From the human T2T-CHM13v2.0 reference genome, Homo sapiens, in assembly GCF_009914755.1 (NCBI RefSeq), contig NC_060937.1: a stretch of 64,000 nucleotides of DNA. One strand, 5' to 3'. Below, piece after piece: positions 1 to 24,360 of the stretch. Position numbers and translations under genes: made by a program. The first letter of the stretch is position 1. The number at the start of each line of letters is the position of its first letter. The notes below the pieces were generated by a model, which saw only the letters and a list, made by a program, of their open reading frames with translations, had not been told where the DNA came from and ran no database searches.

Positions 1-41
1 ACAAAACTAGTCCCTGGTGCCAAAAAGTTTGGAGACCACTG
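1..41. mobile_element. MER1-type (hAT) DNA transposon end
   Basis: gtccctggtgccaaaaagtttggagaccactg matches the MER1 terminus. Confidence 0.6.
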
Positions 42-230
42 ACATAAACTACAAGGTTTTGTTAAAAAAAAAAAATGTAGCCAATGTCCCTTGAGGGTTA
101 ATATCAAATATCTTAGAATAGGTAACAGTCTAATATGAATTTAATTGTGAACATAATGAAGTTAATTCTACACTATCTGAAAAATAGTTTCACTTAACAT
201 GTATCTAATTCATCAAACTGGGTGGGTTTC

Positions 231-8044
<7,814 letters not shown>

Positions 8045-8907
8045 TCGGTGGCCATAGAAGCCCTCCTGAGCAGCAGGCAGAACAGAATCCTCTATAGCAA
8101 TCAGCCTGCCGGAGAAGCCTCTGCCCCTGTGGCCTGAGGTTCCAGTTTCCCCAGGTGACACCATGGGCAGGTGGGCTGAAGAAGTGGGAAGGTCAAATCA
8201 ACTGGCCCAGCCAGGATGCCTCTTTGATGATACAAGTGATACTGGTCTAAGCCTCGCCTCTTCCACAGGGGAAACTAGGTGGCCCAAAGGGTGCCCAGAG
8301 GCAGGGGACCTGCCACAGCAGCCACCTTCCTGAGAGGTTCCCTTTCTTCCCCTTGGTGAACTCCCTCCAACACACAGCTTGCCAGGAAAGCACCCTGTGT
8401 CTTACATGGGGGGATCCCACAACACCAAAACCCAGCCAAAGAAGCCTTTTGTCCCTTAAGGGTTATCACAACCAAAAACAAAAAGATACACAAATAGTAA
8501 GCCCCTAAATTCTGTTAAGAATGAAACAATGCTGCCACTCACACCTGACTCAGATGCTAGCAGAAGGAGGGCACCCTCCAGAGACCAGAGACCACAGGAG
8601 AAAGGGGAGGACTCCTCCTTGCCGTGGCTGCACCTCCACCACTGTCACTGAGGCCTGCAGTACAGAACCAGCAGCTTCTTACCCACCCCAGGCCAGGCCG
8701 GGCCCCAAAGCTCTCCTACTTCCCCTTCCTGGCCCCTAGACTTGCTGCTGCTGCCACCATTAGCGCCGACGCCAAAGGAATCAGCGCTGCTGTCACCCTC
8801 CATGCACCTGCCCACCCTCCAAGGATCCTACCACTTGGCCTCCACGGGTACCCTCCTATTGCTCCTGTTGAGCTGCCGTCTCCATCACCGTGGCTGCCAC
8901 AACCTCA

Positions 8908-9021
<114 letters not shown>

Positions 9022-9559
9022 CTACAATAGGATGCAGAAAGTGGCAGTGTTAGAGCCTCACCCTGTCATGCTGCCCACTGGGTGGCTGGGGCCAGTTTCA
9101 GCGAAGGCACTTACACCCACCCTCCAAAGTCCAGCCTCTCCTCCTAGACCGAGCTGGCCTCCTGACCTGGGGTGGGGACTGGAGACACCACAGTGTCCGC
9201 GGCTCCTTGGGGAGCAAGAACAGCAGAAACTCAGACCCAGCCAGTCCTCCCAACCCAAGTACCAGTTCCCATTCCTTACTCCTCCACCCACAGGACCCTG
9301 AGCCCCCGTGGTGCCCACTACTCCATGCCTGGGGCTCCCAGATGGTCCCCACAACACAGAGCAAGAGGGCAAGGGACGAGTAACCATGGTGGGTGTGAGG
9401 GCCCTGCGGTGGTCAGAGGATTGCCACAAAAACTCTGTGCACCCTCCACGCTCCAACACGAGCAGAAGTTGTTCACACTCTAGAGCCTTGAGTCCGGGAA
9501 GAGGAGAAGGGCCCCTTCCTCAGAGGCCACCACTGTCGTGGCCACCTCCACAACCTGCC

Positions 9560-11122
9560 GCTGGAAGCAGCAGTGCAGCTTCCCCCCATAGCGCCCCTAA
9601 CCTGCCCCCTCCACCACAAGCTTAGCCCCCGGATTGTGCCCACAACACACCCAGAGACTGCTGCAGGCAGTGTAACACTGATAGCGCCCCCAAATGACCC
9701 CTCTGCTCCTGGCAGTGTAACACTCGATAGTGTCCACAACTCATCCCCACCATGGGTGTTGCAGCACCAAATAGCACCCCATCAAACCCACCCCCCACCC
9801 GGACCACAAGCAGTATAGCCCCAGATAGCGCCCCCAGTCTGCTCCTGTCGCAGGCAGTGAACGCCCGGGGTAGTGCACCCAACAAACCCCTGGACCCCAC
9901 CTTCCCCTTTCCCCCACAGACAATGCAACATTTCACAGCTCCCCTAAAGCACCCCCGACTGCCTGCCAGTTGGCATTGTTGCTGACATTGTAGCTCACGA
10001 TAGCTCACCAAACCCGCCCCCTGCATCGGCCAGTGTAGCAGCTAATAATGCCCCTAATCCCCCACCACCCGCTGCTAGCAGTGCACGACGGTACACACAA
10101 CCTGCCTCCAACCCCCCACCACCTTAGGCAGTGTAGACTCTGATAGCGCAGCAAACCTGCCCCACTGCCAGCAATTCAACACCTGATAGTGCCACCCACC
10201 AGCCCCCTGCGGCAGGCAGTGCAGCTCCAAAAGCACACCAAACCCGCTCCCCCACCACCCCGCAAGCGGGCAGTGCAGCCACAGAGAGCGCACCTACCCT
10301 GCCACCTTTCTACTACTCTAACAGAGATGCAGTCTCTGTCGCCACCTCCAACTGCAGCCAGGCGAGCCGCGGTGGCCAAGGCTCCAGCCGCCAGTGTTGG
10401 GCATGGTCCCCACCTTCTCCTAGACCTCTAGCCGGTCAAGAGCAGCTCCAGCTGCCAGCCACCCTCCTACCGCTCAGGCTGCACTCTTACCGCTCCGGCT
10501 GCCATCTTACTGCTCCAGCCCCAATCCTACTGCTCAGGCCACCCTCCTAACACTCCAGCCGCGCTGCCATCTCTGTTGCCACCACCATCCAGAGCGAGAC
10601 GAGCCACGGTGTTACAGGCTCCAGCCTCCAGCTCCCCCTTCTCCTGGTCCTCTAAGCCGGGAACAGAGCAGCTCAGCGGGAGATACCAGAGACCCTAAAC
10701 TGCCGTGAGGCCTCCTCAGCATGCACATGGGGTTACGCGCATGGTTTCTGGACTACATGTTCTGATTGGGTGAGAGAAAATCTCTAGGCCTTCTCTGATT
10801 GGACTTTATTTTCATACACTGATTGGTTGTCCTAAGACTTTCTTTCATCCAATCAGAACATGATAACAAAGTCCAATCAGAGTAGGCCTCTGGGCTTTCT
10901 CTTATCCAATCCTGGAACGTGTAGTCCACGAACCGCATATGCATAACTTCAGTACATAAATGGTGCTGAAGAAGAGTCAGGCTATTCCAGGTTCTTCTGT
11001 GTCTGCTCACCGAGCTGCTCCAAGCCCGGCTTAGAGGACCAGGACAGACTGGAGGCTGTAGCCTGCTGCACCGTGGCTGGCCTCCCTGCAGTTGGTGGCG
11101 ACAGACACTGTAGTGTGGCTGG
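9560..11122. repeat. REP522-like GC-rich, partly palindromic repeat
   Basis: Degenerate ggcagtgtag/gatagcgcccc units at 9560-10310, then imperfect inverted arms 10554-10826 and 10849-11122. Family name is from recall. Confidence 0.55.
10750..10960. promoter_or_regulatory. Mirror-symmetric CCAAT cluster (candidate bidirectional promoter)
   Basis: Three tgattgg on the left and three ccaatc on the right, flanked by ggactac/gtagtcc; TATA-like tacataaat near 10953. Confidence 0.5.
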
Positions 11123-12430
11123 AAAGGTAGGAAGGGGAAAATAGTTTCGGGATAGATGGAAGGGTAAAGAGGGTGGTTAGTGCCAAAAGGAAAAAAGGAT
11201 GGTGAGCCGGAGAAGGCATTGCATAAAGACGATGAGGAAAAGATGTTGGGGAAAAAAAAATTGGGGGGTAGATGGAGGGGGAAAAACAGGGTGGTGAACA
11301 GGAGGTAGAGAAGGTTTCACAGAAAGATGGTGGGGAAAAAGTTTTTGGGTAGATGGAAGGGGGTAAGAGAGGGTCGTGAGAGGGGAACGGGGATGAGCAG
11401 GAAGGAGAGAAGGTTTGCAAAAATATGGTGGGGAGAGAAGAAAGGGAAAGAAGACTGTGGGTAAAAAGATTTTGAGTAGATGGAGGGGGGAAAAGGGTGA
11501 CAAGTGGGAGGAGAAAAGAGGTTGCAGAGAGGGAGGGGGAAGAGAGAGTGGCGAGCAGGAGGGAGAGAAGGTTTTGCAAAAAGACAGTGAGGAGAGAAGC
11601 TTTTGGGTAGATGGAGGGGGGAAAGAGGGTGGCCAGTGGGAGAAGGGTAAAGAGGGTGGCGAGCGGGAAAGAGAAAAGGTTTTGCGAAAAGACGATAGGC
11701 AGAAAAGAAAGTGTAGAAAGAAAAGACAGTGGGTAAAAAGTGTTTGGGTAGATGGAGGGGGAAAAGAGGGTGGCAAGCGGGGGGAGAATAGAAAGTGTGG
11801 CCAGAGGAAGTGGGGAAAGAGGACTGGGAAAAAGGCGATGAGGAAAATAGTTTGGGGTAGATGGAAGGCAAAAAGAGGGTGGCAAGCAGGATAGAGGAAA
11901 GAAGAGGGCGAGCGGGAAGAGGGGAAGGCTTTGTGAAAAGATGGCAGGGAAACATTGGGGAGGTAGATGGGTTAAAAGAGCGTGGTGAGCAGGAGTAGAG
12001 AAGAGGCTTTGTAAAAAGACGGCGGGAAAAATGTTTTTGGGTAGATGGAGAAGGGAAAGGGTGGCAAGGAGGAAGGGAAAAAAGACGATAGGGAAAGAGT
12101 TTTTGGGTAGACGGAAGGGGAAAGAGAGGGTGGCGAGCAGCAGGAGTGGGAAGAAGGCTTTGGGAAAAGATGAGGGAAATGTTTTTGGGGAGATGAAGGA
12201 GCAAAAGAGGATGATGAGAGCGGGAGGCGGAATAAAGGGTGGCCAGAGAGAGGGAGAAAAGACGGTGGGGAAAAGTTTTGGGGTAGATGGGTGGGGAAAA
12301 CGGAAGTGAGCGGTAAAGTATAGAAGGCTTTGCAAAAAGACAATGGGGAAAAAATGGTGGGGGAAAAGTTTTGGGGTAGATGGAGGAAGAAAAAGGGTGG
12401 CGAGAGAGGGAGCCAAAGACGGTCGGGAAA
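11123..12430 (+). repeat. Degenerate purine-rich tandem array anchored by gggtagatgga
   Basis: About 13 anchors spaced roughly 65-140 bp apart; + strand is almost all G/A. Confidence 0.85.
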
Positions 12431-13310
12431 AAAATTCCTCCTGTTACTGATTTTTTAATACTCTTCCACTCCTGTCAGAAAAAATAATTGATATGATTTC
12501 AGGGTTTTTTTGTTTTGGTTTGGTTTGGTTTGGTTTTTTGAGATGGAGTCTCGCTCCGTTGCCCAGGCTGGAGTGCAGTGGTGTGATCTTGGCTCACTGC
12601 CACCTCCACCTCCCAGGTTCAAGCCATTCTTTTGCCTCAGCCTTCTGAGTAGTTGGGATTACAGGCATGCGCCACGACGCCCAGCTAATTTTGCATTTTT
12701 AGTTCTAAATGGGGTTTCTCCATGTTGGTCAGGCTGGTCCCGACCTCTGTTGATTGCCCCACCTCTGCCTTCCAAAGTGCTGGGATTACAGGTGTGAGCC
12801 ACTGCACCTGGCAAGGATGTTGAATTTTATTGAATGTTTTTATCTGCATCTATTGAGATAATCATATGATTTTTGTTTTAAATTCTGTTTATGTGGTAAA
12901 TCACATTTATTGATTTGCATATGTTAAATAGTCCTTGCATCTCAGGAATAAAACCTATGTAATCACGATGAATTACATTTTTGATATGCTGATGGATTTG
13001 GTTTGCTAGCATTTTGTTGAGGATATTTGCATCTATGTTCATCAGATATTGGCCTGTAGTTTGTTGTTGTTGTTTCCTTGCTAGATTTTAGTGTCAGGAT
13101 GATACTGGTTTTGTAGAATGAGTTAGAGAGGAATTCCTTCTCCTCAATGTTTTAGAATGGTTGCAGTAAGATTGATACCATATATTTTTTTGTATGTTTG
13201 GTAGAATTCAGCTGTGAATTCATCTAGTCCTGGGCTTCTCCTGCTTGATAAATATTTTTATTACAAATTCAGTTTCATAATTAACTACTGGTCTGTTCAG
13301 ATTTTTTTAA
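12430..13310 (-). mobile_element. L1 ORF2 fragment interrupted by an Alu (12505-12812, -)
   Basis: Antisense L1 motifs such as gcatctattgagataatcatatg and gtagaattcagctgtgaa. Confidence 0.85.
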
Positions 13311-14360
13311 ATTTATAGAGAAAAAATATTTATTTGGTCTATAGTTGTGCAGGCAGTAGAAGCATGGGACCAGCACCTGCTCAGGTTTGGGTGAGACCTC
13401 AGAAAGCATCGAATCACAGAGGAAGGCAAAGGGAGGGCCAGTGTATCACGTGTCAAGAGAGAAATCAAGAGCAAGAAGGGGAACATGGCAGGGTGTTTTA
13501 AACAACCAGCTCTCGTGTGACACAACAGAGCAAGGACTCGCTGATCGCCAAGGGGATGGAGCTAAGCAATTTATGAAGGGTCCACTCCCATGATTCAACA
13601 TCTTCCACTAGGCCCACCACCAACATTTAAGGTCACATTCAACAAGAGATTTGGAGGGTAAACACATCCAAACAATGTCATTTCACCCCTATGGCCCCCA
13701 AATCTCATGTCCTTCTCATATTGCACAATACAATGTCATTTCATCCCTATGGCTCCCAAATCTCATGTCCTTCTCATATTGCACAATACAATTATCCTCC
13801 CCCAGTAGTCCCCAAAAATCTCAACCTGTTTCAGCATCAACTCAAAAGTCCGAAATCTCATCTGAGCTTCAAGGTACATTCCTCCATCTATGAGCCTATG
13901 AGATCAAAACCAACTTATTTGCTTCCAATATTCAATGCAGTACAGGTGTTGGGTAAATATTCCCATTCCCAAATGGAGAAGTTGGGCAAAAGAAAGGGGC
14001 AACAGGCCTCAGGCAAATCTGAAACCCAGTAGGGCAGACATTAAACCTTCAAGCTCCAAAATAATTCTTGATTTCATGTCCCGCATCCAGGGCACACTTG
14101 TGCAAGGGGTGGGTTCCCAAGACCTTATGCAGCTCTGCCTCTGTGGCTTTGCAGTGTACAGTCACCATGGCTGCTGTCTTGGATCAGAGTTGCATGCCTG
14201 TGGTATTTCTAGGCTCAGGATGAAAGTTTCCCATGGCTCTACCATTCAGGGATCTCGAGGTGGCGGCCCCATTCCCACAGCTCCAGTATGTAGTGCCCCA
14301 GTGGGGACTCTGTGTGGAGGCTTCAATCCCACATTTCCTGTTGGCACTGCCCTAGTGGAC
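13311..14360. mobile_element. MST-family MaLR LTR (to ~13680) plus internal sequence
   Basis: LTR ending ...catccaaacaatgtca followed by MST/THE1-int-like sequence; ~58-bp tandem duplication across the LTR/internal junction (13673-13788). Confidence 0.8.
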
Positions 14361-16830
<2,470 letters not shown>

Positions 16831-18131
16831 AATTGTACTTAATGATTGTTTTGCACATAAAATTAATGTATACATGATTAATGCTTTAAAGGAACTAAGC
16901 ACCCACCAGACTCAAGAAAAAATGATGCCCTATGATACATCTGAAAAAAATTTAATCTTTCTATTAAATACAGTTATGCAAATTAAGATAATATGTGTTT
17001 TTGTCTAGCAAAATAAAATATAGGTATCAGTTTTGGTGAAGCTAAAGCATAATGGACATTAATTTGCCGATTGGTGCTGAAAGTATAAATTGATTCAACA
17101 TTTTGCAGGGATGTTAGTCAATATGTGTGAAAATTATACACTAATATGTCTTTACACAGTAATTAAAGTGCTAGGACTTTTTGAAAAGAAAACATGTCTC
17201 AATGTGCCCAAATTTGTTTCTGTGAATATGTTTATAAAAAATGTTGTTCATTGAAAGCAATACAGTATTTAACAATAGAGAGAGTAAGCCTGTAAATCAT
17301 GGAACTTATTCAACAGGGGATGTCTGAAGAGGGTCTAAAAATAATCTATATGTTTAAATAAATAAATTAAAAGAAATTTATTTTAAAATCCTACATTTAA
17401 TTATATTAAAAATTATCAATTTAGGTGATAGGATTATTGGTAAATTTGAATTTTTTAGCATTTTTGTTTCTTTATGTGCCAATTTTTCTATTACTGTCTT
17501 TTACTCCTTTTGTAGATAAAATATACTGTTTTAACAAAATAAATGTCATTCATAATTTCTTATACAGTAAGAACATTTTTTGAGACAGATTCTTGCTCTG
17601 TCACCCAGGCGGGAGTGCAATCGTAGCTCACTTCAGCCTCAACCTCCCAGGATCAAGCTATCCTCCCACCTCAACCTCCCAAGTGTCTGGGACCATGGCT
17701 GTGCACCACCATACCTGGCTAACTTTTAAAGAAAGATTTTTGTAGAGCCAGTGTCTCACTGTGTTGCCCAGGCCAGTCTCAAACTCATGGGTTCAAACAG
17801 TCCTCCTCCCTCAGCCTCCACAAAGTGTTGGGATTACAGGCGTAAGCCAATGCACACAGGCAGAGCTTTTTTAAAAAAAACTATGCAATATATTTGGTCT
17901 TCAAAAAATGTTTTTGTTTGAAGAGCAAGGTACTCATGCAGGAAAATAATCCAATTTATGGTGCAGTTTAATTTAAAATGAAATCACTTGGCATTATTAA
18001 AAAATAAAATTTTGCCCAGGCGCAGTGGCTTACTCCTGTAATCCCAGCCTTTTGGGAGGCCAAGGCAGGTGGATCACCTGAGGTCAGGAGTTTGCGACCA
18101 GCCTAACATGATGAAACCCTGTCTCTACTAA

Positions 18132-18166
<35 letters not shown>

Positions 18167-18207
18167 AGCCGGGTGTGGTGGCGCATGCCTGTAATCCGAG
18201 CTACTTA

Positions 18208-18360
<153 letters not shown>

Positions 18361-18472
18361 TTACCGAGAAAATAATTTTAAAAAACATTATTCTAATGCA
18401 ATCTACAATTGTGTAGAATCATTGTAGAATATACCACAGCATACTGTTGAGTTTTATTTGCTATTAAGATTA

Positions 18473-18964
18473 AGTGGGGCTGCACGGCCAGACAGGCCCT
18501 GCTCCTGAGGCCGGGCAGGCTGCGCGCCTGCGATCCTGCGCCTGTGGTCCTGGGGCAGCCCGGACCAGCTCAGGAGAACCCGCGAGCCCAGCGGCGACTG
18601 CCCGGGGCTGGAGCCCCATCTGCCGGCGCGCCGCCTGGGAGCGGCTTCTAGGAGCCGGGCGGCCCCCGCCGTGCAAGGGCGCTGCTAATGCCCTTGCGAG
18701 GCTCAGTGGGTCTAAGAGGTCGGAGGCTGGGAGTGTCGCTGCTGAAGGCTGTGGTGGACCTGGCTGGATCGCGGATTCTGGGCTAGATCGCAGATTTGGG
18801 ATCGCGGATGGGGGATTGGATCGCGGATTGGGGGTTGGAGCGGGAATTTGGAGCTGGATCGGGGATTTGGGGCTGGATTGGGGATTTGGGGCTAGGTGGG
18901 GGGCGGTGAAAAGGTGACACGGAGTTGTCGCGGCTCAGGAGCCGGTGGTTGGGTGTCTGAGAAG
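18473..18964 (+). promoter_or_regulatory. CpG island resembling ANKRD18/ANKRD20A-family promoter and 5'UTR, truncated before the start codon
   Basis: CpG-rich, with repeated ggatcgcggatt(t)gggg motifs and ...ggtgaaaaggtgacacggag...gagccggtggttgggtgtctgagaaga, recalled from ANKRD20A/18 5'UTRs. Sequence switches to Alu interior at 18965. Confidence 0.6.
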
Positions 18965-21177
18965 ATTACAGGCGCCCGCCACCACGCCCAGCTAATTTTT
19001 GTATTTTTAGTAGACATGGGGTTTCACTGTGTTGGCCAGGATGGTCTCAAACTCCTGACTTCGTGATCTTCCCGCCTCGACCTCCCAAAGTGCTGGGATT
19101 ACAGGCGTGAGCCACCGCACCCGGCCTTATCACTATTATTATGGTTTTTTATTTATTTATTTATTTTTGTTGTTGTTTGTTTTTTGTTGTTGTTGTTGTT
19201 GTTGTTGTTTTTTGAGATGGAGTCTCGCTCTGTCCCCAGGCTGGAGTACAGTGGCGCGAACTTGGCTCACTGCAAGCTCTGCCTCCCGGGTTCACGCCAT
19301 TCTCCTGCCTCAGCCTCCTGAGTAGCTGGGACTACAGGCACCCATCACCACGCCCGGCTAAATTTTTGTATTTTTAGTAGAAACGGGGTTTCACCGTATT
19401 AGCCAGGATGGTCTCGATCTTGTGATCCATCCGTCTCCGCCTCCCAAAGTGCTGGGATTACAGGCATCTGCCACCACACCTGGCCGAGCCCAGGAGTTTG
19501 AAACCAGCCTGGGCAACATGGCAAAACCCCATCTCTACAAAAAATACAAAAAAATTAGCCGGGCATGGTGGCACATGCCTGTAGTTCTAGCTACTTGGGA
19601 GGTTGAAGTGGTTCTGCCTGGGAGGATCACCTGAGCCTAGGAGGTTGAGTCTGCAGTGAGCTGTGATTGTGCCACCGTGCTCCAGCCTAGGTGATGGAGT
19701 AAGACCCTGTCTCAAGAAAAAAAAATCAGAACAGTTTCTCCTGGGAAGGTATACAAATGGCCAATAAGCACATGAAAAGATACTCAACCTCATTAGCCAT
19801 CAGAAAAAAATGCAAATCAAAACCAAAATAAGATACCACTTCAGGGGAGCAGTGGTTCACACTAGTAATCCCAGCACTTTGGGAGGCCAAGGCAGGCCAA
19901 TTGCTTGAGGCCAGGAGTTCAAGACCAGCCTGGGCAACATGGTGAGACTCTGTCACTGCAAAAAAATAAAAAATTAGCAGCTGGGCACGGTGGCTCATGC
20001 CTGTAATCCCAGCACTTTGGGAGGCTGAGGCGGGTGGAGCACGAGGTCAGGAGTTCAAGACCAGCCTGGCCAACATAGTGAAACCCTGTCTCTACTAAAA
20101 ATACAAAAGTTAGCTGCATGTGGTAGCACATGCCTGTAATCCCAACTACTCAGGAGGCTGAGGTGGGAGAATCACTTGAATCCAGAAGGCAGAAGTTGCA
20201 GTGAGCTGAGACCACACCATTGCCCTCCAGCCTGGGTGACAGAGTGAGACTCTGTTTGAAAAAATAAAATAAAATAAAATAAAGTAAAATAAAATAAATA
20301 AAAATTAGTAGGGTGTGGTGGCATGCACCTGTAATCCCAGCTACTTGGGAGGCTGAGGTGTGAGGATCACCCCAGGAGGTCAAGGCTGCAGTGAGCTGTG
20401 ATCATACCACTGCACTCCAGCCTGGACGACAGAGCGAGACCCTGTCTCAAAAAAAAGAGCTATCAGGCTGGGCGTGGTGGCTGCCACCTGTATTCCCAGC
20501 ACTTTGGGAATACAGTGCTGGGAGGCGGGTGGATCACCAGATCAGGAGTTCAAGACCAGCCTGGCCAAGATGGTGAAACCCCATCTCTACTAAAAATACA
20601 AAAATTAGCCGGGCATGGTGGCAGGTGCCTGTAATCCCGGCTGAGCCAGGAGAATCACTGGAACCCAGGAGGTGGAGGTTGCAGTGAATTGAGATTACGC
20701 CATTGCACTCCAGCCTGGGCAACAGAGCAAGATTCTGTCTCAAAAAAACAAAAAGTTCTGATTTCATTTTAACCAGTACAAGATACAGGAAGGGAAGCTG
20801 CCCAGTGACGTTCTTGCTATTCAGCCATGGCCTTAAGGCTGCATTATTCATAACCATGAGTAGCGTGGCCTTTCTGAACAGCTTCTGAAAAGCACGTTTG
20901 TTACTGCAGCTTTGCAGTTTACCTCCTTCTACGTTCAGGGTTCAAACCCCGTTTAACACACGCCCCCTACTGGGCCATTGAGAACTGCTAGTCTCTTCAG
21001 GTCCCCTTCCACGCAGTGTGCAGGCTCCCTGTGCACAACTCCCCTCCTCCTGTCCCTAGGGCTCCGCCTGAGTTCACATTCTGGCCTGCACTGCCAGATC
21101 TCCCTCCAGCCTCTCACCAGCTCCGTCATCCTCCGAACTGCCCCAGAGGCACATCTCTAAGAACACTAATGCCATCA

Positions 21178-21414
<237 letters not shown>

Positions 21415-22010
21415 TCAGGAGATGGAGACCATCCTGGCTAACACAGTGAAACCCTGTCTCTACTAAAAATACAAAAAATTAGCTGGGCATGGTAGCAGAC
21501 GCCTGTAGTCCCACATACTCGGGAGGCTGAGGCACGAGAATGGTGTGAACCTGGGGAGGGGAGGGGAGATCAGGTGAGTTAAACTGGAGTTGGGGGGGAA
21601 TGTTGGCCAAGTGGCAGGCAGGGTGGGCCTGGGCCTGAGGGAAGCCATAGGCCCCTAGACTTGTTCCTGCTGACAGAGCGCCAGCGGCTGGGCAGGAGCA
21701 TGAGCAAGGTGGGTTTGCATCTGTCGCTGGAGGAGCGCTCCGAATGCTTCTCAGGACAAAAGCAGGAGGCTGCCATTGTTCACAGGATGTGAGATCTAAT
21801 ATGGTTCAGGCTGGGGCAAATCAGTGAAGATCAAAATCCCTCATCTTCCACAATGAGGGACTAGAATCAAAGGTGGATGTGCTCCCGCCTGCTCACAAAG
21901 GGTCCTCACATGCCCCAGGGCCCTCTGCTGGGGCACAGTCCACATTAGGTGACACACAAACAGCCTGAGGGTGCCCAGTCGCTGAGCAGCCCCAGACGCT
22001 GTGCCGTTAC

Positions 22011-22070
22011 CGGCGGGCAGGGCCCTGCAGGAGACCTTCGCCTGCCCGGACCAGAGAGGCTGCAGGGGTG
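22011..22070 (-). other. Orphan exon candidate
   Basis: Minus strand ccctctccccacag|60 nt|gtaacg. Confidence 0.3.
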
Positions 22071-22426
22071 CTGTGGGGAGAGGGCCAGATGGCCGCAACA
22101 CAGCTGGGAATGGCTCCAGAGGGGAGGGTGGAGAGTGCGCTGGCCCATGGGAGGACTCAGAGAGGAGTTGCGTGTGTTTGGCGCTTGTGGACATGGTGTG
22201 TGGCAGTGTGAGCCAACAGGCCAACGGGCAGCAAGCATAGGAGGCTTTATGGATCCCCCTGAAGAACCACTGTGTGGAGGGGAAATGGCCCCCTGTGAGG
22301 AAAGTCCTAGCAGCCGGTGGAGCGCAACCAGATGCGGGCCCAGACTGATGGGGTCTCCATGGGAGCCCAGGTGGGAGGTGGAGGAGAAGGGAGACAGTGA
22401 GAAGGTTGTCACCAGGCCCTCACTAA

Positions 22427-22780
<354 letters not shown>

Positions 22781-23509
22781 TAGTGGAGGATGGGTTTATA
22801 TTGGGAAAAACCAATCTTATCAAACTTGGTGAAAACGACCACAGGATGTAACCCTCTGGCCTGGGACCCACCCCATCAAGTGGGTGGGGGCTGACAAGAA
22901 AACGACAGCGGCTCCTGGACAGCTCCCAGCAGGGCTCACTGCTCGGGCCCGGCCTAGCGCTGAGTGGGGCTGTTCCTGGCCCGACAGCCTCCTGAGGCTG
23001 GCTGCCAACACCGCACCCTTCCCACCTGTGTCCTGGAAGTGCTCAGAGGAAACATCTGCCCGGAACATGACATCAGTAAATCATTAATGAGACAGTCACT
23101 ATATGACATAAATCCACTTAGCAGAGCCTCACCCTCACCTAGCAACTGGGTCACCAGCAAACTAACCACTTGGTGTGACTCTTCCATTAGGACTGCGTGG
23201 CCCCGGAGCCTCAGAGGCCAACGTTCCCAACCAGGGACTCCACCCTTCTCCCAGAGAGAGGCAAAAACAAAACAATGTAACTGAAAACCGGGTTGTAAAA
23301 ACCGGTGGAAGAGCTGGGAACAGTTAACAGGGTGTCTTTCACCTCTGTGTGTAGGAGCCGAGGTGGAGCCGCCAGCTGTTCAAAGGATGCCCCCTCCTGG
23401 GGGATAAGAGGGCTCGCCAGAGCCAGTGAGGTGGGTGGGCAGGGTCCCTGTGCAGTGACACTGGTTGTTCCTGAGGCAAGCAGAACTCCTCCCCACCCTT
23501 TTTTTTTGA

Positions 23510-23839
<330 letters not shown>

Positions 23840-23985
23840 TCAGGCCACAAGGCCAAGTCTGACTCGGGGATCTCCATCCCACACCCGCCATCAACAGCAA
23901 ACACATTAAAACTAAATGCCACGGCTGGGCGCAGTGGCTCACACCTGTATTCCCAGCACTCTGGGAGGCTGAGGCAGTCAGATCA

Positions 23986-24360
<375 letters not shown>

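Noticed and set aside
11031-12416. 461-aa minus-strand ORF and overlapping ORFs
   Set aside because: Low-complexity P/L/F/S translation of the polypurine array; several frames are open for compositional reasons.
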